A stretch of DNA of 64,000 bases from an uncultured Pseudomonadota bacterium (lineage in GTDB: Bacteria; Babelota; Babeliae; Babelales; Vermiphilaceae): assembly GCA_964647685.1 (NCBI GenBank), contig CAZYJE010000006.1, positions 25,624 through 89,623 on the forward strand, written 5' to 3'. A model generated the notes under the pieces. It was not told the DNA's origin, searched no databases, and worked only from the letters and a program-made list of their open reading frames with translations. Positions 8,585-18,415 of this stretch are shown one piece after another (the first letter of the stretch is position 1; every line of letters starts with the position of its first letter). A program made the translations under genes and the position numbers.

Positions 8585-9370
8585 ATGAATATAAAAATAA
8601 AAAAATATTTACCTTTAATGCTTATTGCTTCACTTTTTACAAAAAACTCTTTTGTAAAAGCATCAGATAATATCTTTCAAGATGTTATGTGCGTTGGTGG
8701 AACAATATTAGCAGGTGGCTTTATTGGAAGTTGTTTATATAATGCTTTTCGCAAGTTAACAGATAAAGAAGAAATTAATAGAGCAGATCGTTTATGCAGT
8801 AAGGCTGATGATACTTTAAATAATGTTTCTACTTATTATGCTCGTCCAATTTCTTACTTTAAAAAGTATAATAAAAAAAGTAGAGTTATTCGACATCTAA
8901 CACGACATATTCAAAATAAAGGGTTTGATGTTTCGGTTTTTATAGATTATGAAAAAGAACTTGATATAAAAATTTATAATGTAAGTTGGTTGATAGATAA
9001 AGTTCATAATAAAATAAAGCATTTAGAACGTTGTTCTGCATGTTTAGTTGATAAAGTTGAAAATCATCAAATATCAAGAAGAATTGCACGACTATATAGT
9101 AAGCAATATGATTCTTTTATTATTTCACTCAGTGAGTTTGAAGCTCGTTTAAATAGATTGTATAAAAAATTAAAGCGCTTGCATCGTTATGTTAAGAACT
9201 TGCCAGAGTATAGAGAAGCAGTACTGCTTGATCAACTAGAAAGAGAGCGTGAACGTAACTCTAGAAGAATAAAAATAAAGCTAAAAAAAAGACCGGTTGT
9301 AAAAACAAAAATAAAAGCTGGGGTTGATCTTGGCGGAGGAGTTGGTGTTGAATATGGTGTTACGATATAA
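8585..9370 (+). CDS. hypothetical membrane/secreted protein
   Basis: ORF track 8564..9370, but 8564 lies inside the upstream terminator T-run. The ATG at 8585 gives MNIKIKKYLPLMLIASLFTKNSFVKA. Basic coiled C-terminal half. Orphan. Confidence 0.5.
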   Translation: MNIKIKKYLPLMLIASLFTKNSFVKASDNIFQDVMCVGGTILAGGFIGSCLYNAFRKLTDKEEINRADRLCSKADDTLNNVSTYYARPISYFKKYNKKSRVIRHLTRHIQNKGFDVSVFIDYEKELDIKIYNVSWLIDKVHNKIKHLERCSACLVDKVENHQISRRIARLYSKQYDSFIISLSEFEARLNRLYKKLKRLHRYVKNLPEYREAVLLDQLERERERNSRRIKIKLKKRPVVKTKIKAGVDLGGGVGVEYGVTI

Positions 9371-9385
9371 AGATTGATTATTTTT

Positions 9386-9425
9386 AAAAAGAAGAGGCAG
9401 CTTTTAAAAGCTGCTTCTTCTTTTT
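9386..9425. terminator. bidirectional terminator between convergent genes
   Basis: GAAGAGGCAGC-TTTTAAAA-GCTGCTTCTTC (one mismatch), flanked by an A5 and a T5 run. Confidence 0.55.
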
Positions 9426-9432
9426 AAGTTAT

Positions 9433-9789
9433 TTAAGAGATAAGTTTTTTATATAAATTATCAATTTTTTGACAATCTATTCTCCACTCATTTAAGCTTT
9501 TATTTTCTATTGATGTAGAGTTACCTTTCTTTATAGAATTTATGAATGCTTCAAATAAGCACTCTTTTTCAGGGTTATTTTGCATATAGTTGTTAGCTTT
9601 AGGTGAAGAAATAGCTTGTTCTGCTTCTTTAAAATATTTTTTAGCATCGAATTTAGTAACAATTGAAAATAAGTTATTATTCTCTTTTTTTCTTTTTGTC
9701 TCAATTTTTAATGCAGGTTTTTTCATCATTCCAAAGATGCTTGGTGTAATTATGAGCAAGTTCAGACCTAATGCCAGATGTAATTTCAT
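9433..9789 (-). CDS. hypothetical secreted protein
   Basis: 118 aa with signal-like MKLHLALGLNLLIITPSIFG. Orphan. Confidence 0.5.
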   Translation of the reverse strand: MKLHLALGLNLLIITPSIFGMMKKPALKIETKRKKENNNLFSIVTKFDAKKYFKEAEQAISSPKANNYMQNNPEKECLFEAFINSIKKGNSTSIENKSLNEWRIDCQKIDNLYKKLIS

Positions 9790-9804
9790 GAGTTTTTCCT
9801 TTTG

Positions 9805-11553
9805 TTAAAGTTGAGCCATTGCGGCTTTTTGTTTGATAGTTGTTTTCTTTTGAGTTGTACTATTTTGTAGTTCTAAACATGCTTTTGTAAATCCATAAAA
9901 TAGTGGACTTGGGTTTGAAAGTCTACTTTTAAACTCTGGGTGCGCTTGTGTCGCTATAAAAAATGGATGATCTTTAATTTCTATAAATTCCATTAATGTT
10001 GTGCCATCAGATCGTTGATGTTTACCAGAAAAAATAAGTCCTTTATTTTCTAGTTGTTGTACAAATGCAGGATTAACTTCATAGCGGTGGCGATGACGCT
10101 CTATAACTGTTGTTGCGCTTACATTTTTATTTTTTAAAAGTTGCTGATCTTGCTCAAGTCTGTTTGTTTTTTTATAAAGGTCTAAAGTTCGTGTATTTTT
10201 TTGAAGCTCGGCATGGTAGCCACCAAGTCGCATTGTACCGCCATAATTTTTTTCATTTAAAATATTTTTTTGATCTGGAAGAACGTCAATAATAGGGTAT
10301 TTTGTTTGCGGGTTAACTTCTGTTGTATGTGCACCAGTCATATTACAAACATTGCGGGCAAACTCTACACACGCAAGTTGCATTCCATAACAAAGCCCTA
10401 AGTACGGTATTTTGTTAACTCGTGCATAATTAATAACATTTATCTTGCCTTCAACACCACTTGTTCCAAAGCCTCCAGGAACAATAATGCCGTCAAGTGT
10501 TTTTAATGTTTGTAGTTTTTCTTTATTGTCTTCAAAATCTTGAGCACTGAGCCACGTAATATTTATTTTTGTTGCAAGTTCAGCTCCACAATGAATAAGC
10601 GACTCATAAATACTTAAGTAACTGTCTTGAATGTCATAGTCACCAAGTGCTAAATATTTGCCGACAATTGCGATATTAACTTGTTTAGATGGCTTTTTTA
10701 TATTATTTACAAGCGTTTTCCAATTAAACAGTTGCAGCTCTTTTTTTGGTTGCAAGTTAAGTCGTTGTATTATTTTTTCTGGCAGTTTTTCTTTCTGAAG
10801 GTGAAGTGGTACTTCATACACGGTTTCAAGATCAGGCGCAGAAATAATATGTTCAAGTTTTATATGAACTGATGTGTTAATTTTCTTTTTTCTTACTTCA
10901 TCGGTACACTTTTCAGATCTGCAAATAATAAAGTCAGGGAAAATTCCTTCTTCGCGAAGTAGTTTTATTGCCTGTTGTGTTGGTTTTGTTTTCATTTCTT
11001 TAATGTGTTTAGGGACAGGCAGATAAGTTACCAAAACATGAGCAACATTTTCAGGCCCTAAGTCACGCTCTAATGTTTTTGCAGCAAAAAGATAGGGAAT
11101 ATTTTCATAATCTCCAATTGTTCCACCAATTTCTATAATTGCAACATCAGCGTCAGAATTTTGTGCTGCATTTTTAATCCGTTCAATAATTTTATCGGGA
11201 ATATGCGGTAAAAATTGAACTGTTTTTCCTAAATAGTGACCTGATCTTTCTTTATCTATAACAGATTTGTAAATTTGCCCTGTAGTTAAACAGTTTTGTT
11301 TTGGAATATCTGTATTTAAAAAACGTTCATAGGTTCCAAGATCTTGGTCTATTTCTCCGCCATCATCGGTTACCCACACTTCACCATGCTCAGTTGGACG
11401 TAATGTGCCTGCATCATAATTAATATATGGATCAACTTTGATGAGCGTTGTTTTTATTCCATGGTCTTTAAGAAGTTTGCCAAGTGATGCGGTAATAACC
11501 CCTTTTCCAACACTAGAAATAACACCACCGGTTACAAAAATAAATTTAGTCAT
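9805..11553 (-). CDS. pyrG: CTP synthase
   Basis: The N-terminal MTKFIFVTGGVISSVGKG is the synthetase P-loop. The GATase domain shows GLCYGMQL and HRHRYEVN. ORF track starts at 11568; I prefer the ATG at 11553 by analogy with other PyrG N-termini (start uncertain). There is a ~20-aa C-terminal tail beyond the usual end. Confidence 0.93.
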   Translation of the reverse strand: MTKFIFVTGGVISSVGKGVITASLGKLLKDHGIKTTLIKVDPYINYDAGTLRPTEHGEVWVTDDGGEIDQDLGTYERFLNTDIPKQNCLTTGQIYKSVIDKERSGHYLGKTVQFLPHIPDKIIERIKNAAQNSDADVAIIEIGGTIGDYENIPYLFAAKTLERDLGPENVAHVLVTYLPVPKHIKEMKTKPTQQAIKLLREEGIFPDFIICRSEKCTDEVRKKKINTSVHIKLEHIISAPDLETVYEVPLHLQKEKLPEKIIQRLNLQPKKELQLFNWKTLVNNIKKPSKQVNIAIVGKYLALGDYDIQDSYLSIYESLIHCGAELATKINITWLSAQDFEDNKEKLQTLKTLDGIIVPGGFGTSGVEGKINVINYARVNKIPYLGLCYGMQLACVEFARNVCNMTGAHTTEVNPQTKYPIIDVLPDQKNILNEKNYGGTMRLGGYHAELQKNTRTLDLYKKTNRLEQDQQLLKNKNVSATTVIERHRHRYEVNPAFVQQLENKGLIFSGKHQRSDGTTLMEFIEIKDHPFFIATQAHPEFKSRLSNPSPLFYGFTKACLELQNSTTQKKTTIKQKAAMAQL

Positions 11554-11718
11554 TAAAAGGGCTTTCATTATAATGCATTACTTTTTAACTTTTACTAGTA
11601 AGTGATTATAACAGAAAAAATAATTTCTTAAAAAAGTTTACTTTTAAGGTGTTTACTCTTTTTGGTAGTTTTTATACAAGTTATAAAAAAGGATTGAAAA
11701 GCAAAAGAAGGTAGAGTT

Positions 11719-13191
11719 ATGCAAGATCCAATTGTTGTTGTACAAGCACAAGAAGATTGGTTGTCGATAGAAAATGTTGTTCAGCATGCAGTTGTACAAA
11801 TAGTAGCTCAAGTTGGTAAATTTAATTGGAAAGAACCGTACAAGAATATAGAGCAACATGAAAGTCGTGGAACAGGCTTTTTTGTTGATGATCAAGGACA
11901 TATTGTTACAAATGCTCATGTTATTAATGAAGCAAAAGTTGTTTGGATTCATTTGCCTGCAATGGGTAAAAAAGTTATACGAGTAAAAATTATTAGTTTT
12001 TGTCCAGATAGAGATTTGGGGCTTTTAAAAGTTGTTGACGAAGATTTATCTCTTATACAGCAAGAACTGGGGGCAATTCCTTTTTTGTCGTGCGGCAACT
12101 CTGATCAAGTACGAAGAACAGACAAAATTTTATCTTTAGGGTATCCACTTGGTCAATATCGTCTAAAAAGTTCAACTGGAATTATCAGTGGTAGAGAATC
12201 GGGAAGTGGTATTTCTTATTTACAAATGACAGCAGCTGTCAACCCGGGAAGCTCAGGTGGGCCCTTACTTTCTGTAAATGGTGAAGTTGTTGGCATTACT
12301 GTTGCTTCAATTGCAAATGCTTCACATATTGGATATGCAATTCCTGTAAATGAATTTACGTGTATCGTGCAAGATATGATGAAAAAAAAGTTATTTAGAA
12401 AACCTATTATTGGGGGCATGTTTCATGAGACAACACAGGAGCATGCAAAATTTTTAGGAAATCCGATTCCAACTGGTGTTTATATTTATGATGTTTTGCC
12501 AGATTCTTTATTAGAGCAAGCTGGTGTCAAGCAAGCAGATGTGTTGTATTCGTTTAATGGAGTTTCTATCGATCCTTATGGTGAAGCTCGTGTTGACTGG
12601 AGTGTAGAAAAAGTGTCTCTTTATGATCTTATTTCTAGATTATACATCGGACAAGCTGTTGATCTTGAACTGTATAGAAATGGAGAGAAAATCACTGCAT
12701 CCTTTATATTAAAAGAGCCTGTTTTGTATCCAGTAAGAATGCGTTATCCAGATTATGAAATAATTGATTATGAAGTTATTGGCGGCATGGTTGTCATGGA
12801 GCTTTCTGATAATCATTTTGCGTATTTGTTAGAGGTTGCTCCAGAGCTTATTACGTATTCTAAGATTGAAAATCGTTTAAAGTCGGTTTTGATTGTTACT
12901 CATATTTTACCAGGCTCTTGCGTGCAGCAATTGCGATCTTTATCTGCTGGTGATATTTTAAAAGAGGTAAACGGAATTGCAGTTTCAACGTTAGATGATT
13001 TTAGAAAAATGTTAAGAATTAGTTTAGATTCTGATTTTCTAACAATCAAAACAGTACGAAATATTTTTGCAGTTCTTCCATTTAGACAAATTCTTAAGAA
13101 AGAAGAACAACTTTCTAAAGATTTTGTCTATACTATATCAGAAACAGTACAAGAATTACTCGAGTTGATTATTCATGAAAAAACGTCTTGA
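11719..13191 (+). CDS. HtrA/Deg-family serine protease, no signal peptide (Deg2/Deg9/Nma111-like architecture)
   Basis: Catalytic triad contexts TNAHV, DLGLLKV and NPGSSGGPL, followed by PDZ-like and second C-terminal domains. Collinear paralogue of 55200..56681. Confidence 0.85.
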   Translation: MQDPIVVVQAQEDWLSIENVVQHAVVQIVAQVGKFNWKEPYKNIEQHESRGTGFFVDDQGHIVTNAHVINEAKVVWIHLPAMGKKVIRVKIISFCPDRDLGLLKVVDEDLSLIQQELGAIPFLSCGNSDQVRRTDKILSLGYPLGQYRLKSSTGIISGRESGSGISYLQMTAAVNPGSSGGPLLSVNGEVVGITVASIANASHIGYAIPVNEFTCIVQDMMKKKLFRKPIIGGMFHETTQEHAKFLGNPIPTGVYIYDVLPDSLLEQAGVKQADVLYSFNGVSIDPYGEARVDWSVEKVSLYDLISRLYIGQAVDLELYRNGEKITASFILKEPVLYPVRMRYPDYEIIDYEVIGGMVVMELSDNHFAYLLEVAPELITYSKIENRLKSVLIVTHILPGSCVQQLRSLSAGDILKEVNGIAVSTLDDFRKMLRISLDSDFLTIKTVRNIFAVLPFRQILKKEEQLSKDFVYTISETVQELLELIIHEKTS

Positions 13192-13906
13192 TCTTTATTT
13201 ATTAGAAAAATACCCCCAATATAGTCGTAGGCAAATACAGACCTGGATTACTGAAGGCAGTGTGACTGTTGGTGGGACTGTTAAAAAAAAAGCTGGAGAA
13301 AAAGTAAATACAGATGCAGCTATTGTTTTAAGTGCTCAAGAACCAAAGTATGTCAGTAGGGCAGGTTTTAAATTAGAAAAAGCATTAGAGCACTTTAATA
13401 TTGATGTTACAGATCTTACATCTATTGATTCAGGCCTTTCTACTGGTGGCTTTACAGATTGTCTTTTGCAACATGGGGTCAAAAAAGTTTTTGGCATTGA
13501 TGTGGGTACAAACCAAGTTCACAAAAAAATAAATAACAACCCGCGTGTTATTGTTATGGAAAAAACAAACTTAAAAACAGTAACAGTTCAAGTTTTAGGT
13601 CAGCAAGTTGATTTTGTAACGCTCGATTTATCTTTTATATCTCTTTTAAAAGTCATGGATTCAGTTTCTAATCTGCTTAAAAAAAGTGGTGATTTAATTA
13701 CTTTAATTAAGCCACAATTTGAAGTACAAAAGCAGGATATTCGCAGCGGTGGCCTTGTAATTGACCCTAAAAAACATCAAGAAGTTTTGGAAAGGGTAAA
13801 AAGCGGTATTGAAAGCTGCGGTTTTGAATGTATTGGAATAATAGAGTCGCCACTTTTAGGTACAAGTGGCAACAAAGAATTTTTAGGATATTTTAGAAAG
13901 CAGTAG
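13175..13906 (+). CDS. tlyA: TlyA-family rRNA 2'-O-methyltransferase (hemolysin A-like)
   Basis: N-terminal S4-like RLDLYLLEK...SRRQIQTWI..G.V.V.G and an FtsJ-type SAM fold (DSGLSTGGFTDCLLQHG, DLSFISL). Overlaps the upstream gene by 17 nt. Confidence 0.85.
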   Translation: MKKRLDLYLLEKYPQYSRRQIQTWITEGSVTVGGTVKKKAGEKVNTDAAIVLSAQEPKYVSRAGFKLEKALEHFNIDVTDLTSIDSGLSTGGFTDCLLQHGVKKVFGIDVGTNQVHKKINNNPRVIVMEKTNLKTVTVQVLGQQVDFVTLDLSFISLLKVMDSVSNLLKKSGDLITLIKPQFEVQKQDIRSGGLVIDPKKHQEVLERVKSGIESCGFECIGIIESPLLGTSGNKEFLGYFRKQ

Positions 13907-13940
13907 AAGAATATAATAACTTATATTCCTCTACTGCTTT
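13900..13940. terminator. bidirectional terminator (stem includes the tlyA stop)
   Basis: GCAGTAGAAGAATATAA-TAAC-TTATATTCCTCTACTGC with 16 of 17 bp paired, followed by TTTCT. Confidence 0.6.
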
Positions 13941-13949
13941 CTAAGTATT

Positions 13950-14483
13950 TTACTTTTCTTGTTTTTCTATTAAGAGTTTCTTTTCTTCCATGAACAATTT
14001 TAAATTTTTTGGGTCAAATAATTTTGGTTTTTCTTCAAATAATTTAATTATTTTTTCATCCTTTTGATTCATTTTGTTGCAAACAATGCAAAAATAATTT
14101 TGCCAACCATTTATAGATCTGGTATCTTTATGGATTTTTTTATCGAGAGCTTGTTGAACTATCGGAAGAACGATTTTTTTGTATAATGAACTTAAGTTTC
14201 TATGTCTTGTCTGTTTGCCTTGGAATGGACATTCCATTTTATACCAATATTTTATTTTTTCTTTGGGATATTTTTCATGACAATATTTTATAATTTTGCT
14301 TATTCCACAATAATAGCCATTGGAATATTGTAAGTTTACAGCTAAAAGATTAAGTGTTTTTTTGAATTCTTCAAAGTCGCAAGTTTTTTTTTCTTTGGAG
14401 CTGAGACTAGTTTGGTTAAATTCCTTCATTGTAAAATTATTTTTAAATATAAGTAGTAGTGCGACAAATAGTATTTTTTTCAT
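13950..14483 (-). CDS. hypothetical secreted protein
   Basis: 177 aa with signal-like MKKILFVALLLIF and several Cys. Orphan. Confidence 0.5.
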   Translation of the reverse strand: MKKILFVALLLIFKNNFTMKEFNQTSLSSKEKKTCDFEEFKKTLNLLAVNLQYSNGYYCGISKIIKYCHEKYPKEKIKYWYKMECPFQGKQTRHRNLSSLYKKIVLPIVQQALDKKIHKDTRSINGWQNYFCIVCNKMNQKDEKIIKLFEEKPKLFDPKNLKLFMEEKKLLIEKQEK

Positions 14484-14656
14484 AGTTGGCTTTTTAATTT
14501 AAGTTTTTTAACAATTAACAACATGTCTACTAGGAATTATATTCTACTTATTTAATTTGTTCAATAAAATTTTTCTATAGTATTTATTGATTATTAAAAG
14601 ATAATGTTGATAAAACCTAAATAATGTTTTTATTAATTTTTATTAAGGAGTTGAGT

Positions 14657-15043
14657 GTGAGTAAAGCTAAATTATCTGTTATGATGCGTGCTACTAAAAT
14701 ATTAAAATATGCTTATGGGTTATTTTTCATTATTGCTGGCGCTGATAAGTTTATGAACATGATTGTTAAATGGGAGCGCTACATAAGCCCAATGATTCTT
14801 AACAAGCTTCCAATGATGTCTGATACTTTTATTAAAATAGTTGGTGCAATAGAAATGACAATTGGTGGTTTGATACTTGCCCATTGTGCTTGTCTTGGTA
14901 GCATGCTTGCAATTGGTTGGATTGGCCTTGTAATAATAAATTTACTTTCTATGGGGCGTATGTATATGGACGTTGTTGTGCGTGACATAATGATGGCTGT
15001 TGGTGCATACGTTATGGGAATGCTTGCTGGTGAGAAAAAATAG
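14657..15043 (+). CDS. small polytopic membrane protein (DoxX-like?)
   Basis: ORF track 14624..15043. The GTG at 14657 lies 6 nt after AAGGAG. It has 3-4 hydrophobic helices, and YGLFFIIAGADKF resembles the DoxX N-terminal motif (weak). Confidence 0.45.
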   Translation: MSKAKLSVMMRATKILKYAYGLFFIIAGADKFMNMIVKWERYISPMILNKLPMMSDTFIKIVGAIEMTIGGLILAHCACLGSMLAIGWIGLVIINLLSMGRMYMDVVVRDIMMAVGAYVMGMLAGEKK

Positions 15044-15063
15044 TTGAAACAAAAATTCTATTG

Positions 15064-15103
15064 AGCTTCTATGTACTATAATCTGTATATAGAAGCTTTT
15101 TTT
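15064..15103 (+). terminator. rho-independent terminator
   Basis: AGCTTCTAT...ATAGAAGCT stem followed by a T7 run. Confidence 0.6.
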
Positions 15104-15119
15104 ATTTGAAGGTGCATTA

Positions 15120-15872
15120 ATGACATTGTTTATAACAATATTACTGTATTTAATTTTTGTTCTTTGCTTAGTTGCTTATAAAAAAGATATAAGTATTGCA
15201 AACTTTACATGGGGTGGAGGTTGTGCTTTAGTTGCACTTTATGCAGCTGTTTTGAATGAAAATGTACATATAAAACAGATTGTTGCAGTAAGTATAACCA
15301 CTTTGTGGTGTATGAGAATGGTTGCTCATTTGTATGTTCGTTATACAGGTAAAGATCCAAGGTTTTTATTGTGGAATGGGCACAGTGGAGTCTATGCAGT
15401 TATTAAAAGTGCTGGATATATTTTTTGTATACAGCTTCCATTGTTGCTTGTAATGTCTGTTCCTATTTTTTTTATGATGAAGCAAAATAGTTTTACTGTT
15501 TTTACAAGGTTTGAATATTTTTTGATTGATTTGTGGCTTTTTGGTTTGTTGTATGAAACTGTTGCAGATTATCAGTTATATAGATTTTTATCGGTTTCTA
15601 AGAAAAAAAATGTAGTTATGTCCACAGGTTTGTGGCGATACTCGCGGCATCCTAATTATTTTGGAGAAATAGTCCTGTGGTGGGCATCAGCTTTTTTTGT
15701 TTTTATGTCTGTAAAGAATATAATAGTTTTTGTAGCACCTATAACAATTACCATACTTTTAACATGTATTTCTGGTGTGCCGCTTATTGAAAAAGCAATG
15801 AAAAATAATAAACATTATCAACAATATAAAAAGCAAACAAGCGTTATTATTCCGTGGTTTGTGCGTCATTAG
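15120..15872 (+). CDS. DUF1295 / steroid 5-alpha-reductase-like membrane protein
   Basis: 250 aa and polytopic. The C-terminal motif WRYSRHPNYFGEIVLWW is characteristic of this family. Confidence 0.7.
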   Translation: MTLFITILLYLIFVLCLVAYKKDISIANFTWGGGCALVALYAAVLNENVHIKQIVAVSITTLWCMRMVAHLYVRYTGKDPRFLLWNGHSGVYAVIKSAGYIFCIQLPLLLVMSVPIFFMMKQNSFTVFTRFEYFLIDLWLFGLLYETVADYQLYRFLSVSKKKNVVMSTGLWRYSRHPNYFGEIVLWWASAFFVFMSVKNIIVFVAPITITILLTCISGVPLIEKAMKNNKHYQQYKKQTSVIIPWFVRH

Positions 15873-16317
15873 TGTGGTTTAGTTTTTCTACTTTGTGTAA
15901 AAGTGAATGTATTTCTTCTAGTAAGATTGTTAATCTTTTTTCTAAACCAAGCTCTTTAAGAACAATTGCTATAGATCCAAAGGGTCCAAGAGCGTATAGT
16001 GCTGGTGAATTGGTATTATATTGATAATTTATATCGTCAAATTCAATTTGTAGAGCTGCAATTTTCTCTTGCTGGTAAGATATATTTTTGGAAAGTAAAG
16101 AGAGTCTATTGAGTTTTTGTTGTGTTTGGGCAAGTACGTTTTGAATTTTTTCGTCAATGGTATGTATTTTTATTGCTTGAAATGTTTTACTTTTTTTTTG
16201 TGCAGTATATTTTTTTTTATTAACTATCGTAAGGAGTTTTATAAAAAAACATAGTAATAAAAAAAGACAAAAATCTTTTATATAATCTTTTACTGTGTTC
16301 ATATTTTTCCAATTCAT
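15847..16317 (-). CDS. hypothetical membrane-anchored coiled-coil protein
   Basis: 156 aa with one N-terminal TM segment (FCLFLLLCFFIKLLTIV). Its 3' end overlaps the convergent gene by 26 nt. Orphan. Confidence 0.45.
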   Translation of the reverse strand: MNWKNMNTVKDYIKDFCLFLLLCFFIKLLTIVNKKKYTAQKKSKTFQAIKIHTIDEKIQNVLAQTQQKLNRLSLLSKNISYQQEKIAALQIEFDDINYQYNTNSPALYALGPFGSIAIVLKELGLEKRLTILLEEIHSLLHKVEKLNHTNDAQTTE

Positions 16318-16458
16318 TTTTATAAAAATTATTTTTATAATGATATTATATTTAAGTTCTTATATTCTAGAAACTGTTTATTCTTGTTGGGGTAAAAAAG
16401 TTTGCTGGTCAATAAGAACTTTTTTTGATACATATATAGTATAAATAAAGCATTTTGC

Positions 16459-16535
16459 GCGTCTGTAGCTCAATTGGATAGAGTACCGGGTTTCGATTCC
16501 GTTGGTTGTAGGTTCGAGTCCTACCAGGCGCACCA
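16459..16535 (+). tRNA. tRNA-Arg (anticodon UCG), CCA encoded
   Basis: GCGTCTG-TA-GCTC-AATTGGATA-GAGT-A-CCGGG-TTTCGAT-TCCGT-TGGTT-GTAGG-TTCGAGT-CCTAC-CAGGCGC-A-CCA. The acceptor, D and T stems pair. The anticodon stem has 4 bp plus a 27:43 mismatch. The overall layout parallels E. coli tRNA-Arg. Confidence 0.88.
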
Positions 16536-16560
16536 TTTTTTATTATAAAGGAAGAGTGTA

Positions 16561-17088
16561 ATGAAAAAACAATTATTGTTTATAGTGGTAGTAAATTTAT
16601 TTTTAATACATACATCGTTTGCAAAAATAGATGTAAACTTGTATAAAAAACTTATTAAAAATCCAAGAGCAATTAGAATTAAGTGTACTGTTGCTCGAGC
16701 ATATGAATCGAATCATTTTTTGGCAAAATTAGAAGTTTTGACTGCTAAAATAAAGCGCTCGCTCCTTGTAGAGTATGTTTTTAAAAATGAAGATGATTGC
16801 TCTATAAAATGTAAAGAACCAATTTCTGAAGAGTTAAAAAATGAGTTAACGCTTTTTGCTAAAAATATAGCAAAGAAAATTTATTTTGAGCCGATTGCTT
16901 GGAGAACGTTATCTTTTGAAGGTAGTTCTACTGTAAAGTCAGCAGTTGCTTTTAATTTATTATCGCTTGATACAGAAGAAATAAAAAATGATTACAAAGC
17001 AGCATTTAACTCTATTAAAGAAAAATATCGTGATTATGTGGTTCAAGAATTAAAAGCTGCTGTAGAAAAACATCAAGATAAAGATTAA
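16561..17088 (+). CDS. hypothetical secreted protein
   Basis: 175 aa. RBS AAGGAAGAG upstream; signal peptide MKKQLLFIVVVNLFLIHTSFA. Orphan. Confidence 0.5.
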   Translation: MKKQLLFIVVVNLFLIHTSFAKIDVNLYKKLIKNPRAIRIKCTVARAYESNHFLAKLEVLTAKIKRSLLVEYVFKNEDDCSIKCKEPISEELKNELTLFAKNIAKKIYFEPIAWRTLSFEGSSTVKSAVAFNLLSLDTEEIKNDYKAAFNSIKEKYRDYVVQELKAAVEKHQDKD

Positions 17089-17119
17089 ACATTTATTATA
17101 AATATTTTCAAAGAGGTAT

Positions 17120-18325
17120 ATGAGTACAAAGTATATAATTATTGGATCTTCTGCTGCGGGTATTGCAACAATTAATACGATTGCTCGCTTGGACAAAACT
17201 GCAGATATTACTTGTATATCAAATGAAGAAGAAAATCCTTATAATAAATGCGTTATTGTTGACTATTTATCTGGTGACAAAACACAAGAGCAGGTTTATA
17301 CATTAACAAAAGAGTTTTGTAAGAAAAAAAATATAAATTTACTTTTAGGTATTGCAGTTACAAAAATTTTGCCTCAAACAAAAGAGATTTTGTTGCAAAA
17401 TGGTAAAAAACTGCAATACGACTTTTTGTTTATTGGTACAGGGGCAAGTCCAATTGTTCCAAAAGTTGCAGGTTCAGAAAATGTTTCTGGAGTTTTTGCT
17501 TTTCATACATTAAAAAATACAAATACACTTTTATCTTTTATAAAGCAACATAAACCTAAAAAAGCAGTTGTTGTTGGTGCTGGTCTTAGCGGTCTTGAAT
17601 GTCTTGATGGACTTATGTCGCATAACATTGAGCTATGTTTAGTTGATATGCAAAAACAAGTTTTATATAGACAAGTGGACAGGCGTGCTGCTGAGTTGAT
17701 TCAAAATTACATGCAACAAAAAAATGTTTCTTTTTATTCAAACGATCTTGTTTCAGAAGTTAAAAGTAAAGATGACAAAGTAACGGGTGTTGTTCTTGCC
17801 AGTGGAACAATTTTAGAAGCTGATATGGTTATTTTTACAGTTGGATCAAGACCAAATAGTAACTTAGCTCTTGATGCAAAAATTGCTTTAAAAGGTCATA
17901 GTATTTTTGTTGATGATCATATGAGAACATCGCAAGAACATATTTATGCTGGTGGCGATGCTGCTATGGTTAAAGATTATAGAACAAAAGAGTATGTTCA
18001 AAGTTGTACGTGGCCTGATGCTATGCAGCAAGGTGTAGTTGCTGCACATGCAATGGTTGGCAAACAAAAAATATATCCTGGAGCTTTGTCTATTGTAAGC
18101 TCATCATTTTTTGATATAAAGTTTATTTCATGTGGTCCAGTTGCAAAAGACGATGAAAAATATGAAGTCATAATAAATTCAGCTGACAATTATTACCATA
18201 AATTTTTATTATATGAAGATCGTCTTATTGGATATTTAATGGTTGGGCAGATAAAAAATTTAAGTGCTTTGCGTCGAGCATATTTAACACAAGAAATTAT
18301 CAGTAAAGAAATTTTTTTTAGTTAA
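17120..18325 (+). CDS. FAD-dependent pyridine nucleotide-disulfide oxidoreductase (NADH oxidase/CoA-disulfide reductase-like)
   Basis: Two dinucleotide-binding motifs (IIIGSSAAG, VVVGAGLSGLE), a single candidate redox Cys in PYNKCVI, and GGDAA near the C-terminus. Confidence 0.8.
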   Translation: MSTKYIIIGSSAAGIATINTIARLDKTADITCISNEEENPYNKCVIVDYLSGDKTQEQVYTLTKEFCKKKNINLLLGIAVTKILPQTKEILLQNGKKLQYDFLFIGTGASPIVPKVAGSENVSGVFAFHTLKNTNTLLSFIKQHKPKKAVVVGAGLSGLECLDGLMSHNIELCLVDMQKQVLYRQVDRRAAELIQNYMQQKNVSFYSNDLVSEVKSKDDKVTGVVLASGTILEADMVIFTVGSRPNSNLALDAKIALKGHSIFVDDHMRTSQEHIYAGGDAAMVKDYRTKEYVQSCTWPDAMQQGVVAAHAMVGKQKIYPGALSIVSSSFFDIKFISCGPVAKDDEKYEVIINSADNYYHKFLLYEDRLIGYLMVGQIKNLSALRRAYLTQEIISKEIFFS

Positions 18326-18415
18326 TGTTATTTGCAGCTTTAGATTTTTTCAAAAATGAGTATCATTGTGTCTATAAGGTAGATGTAAGAGATATATAAT
18401 GAAAGATTAAACTGT

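Noticed and set aside
11653-11952. 99-aa minus-strand ORF overlapping the start of the HtrA-like gene.
   Set aside because: It overlaps a well-supported gene, its sequence is Asn/Ile/Phe-rich junk-like, and it has no RBS.
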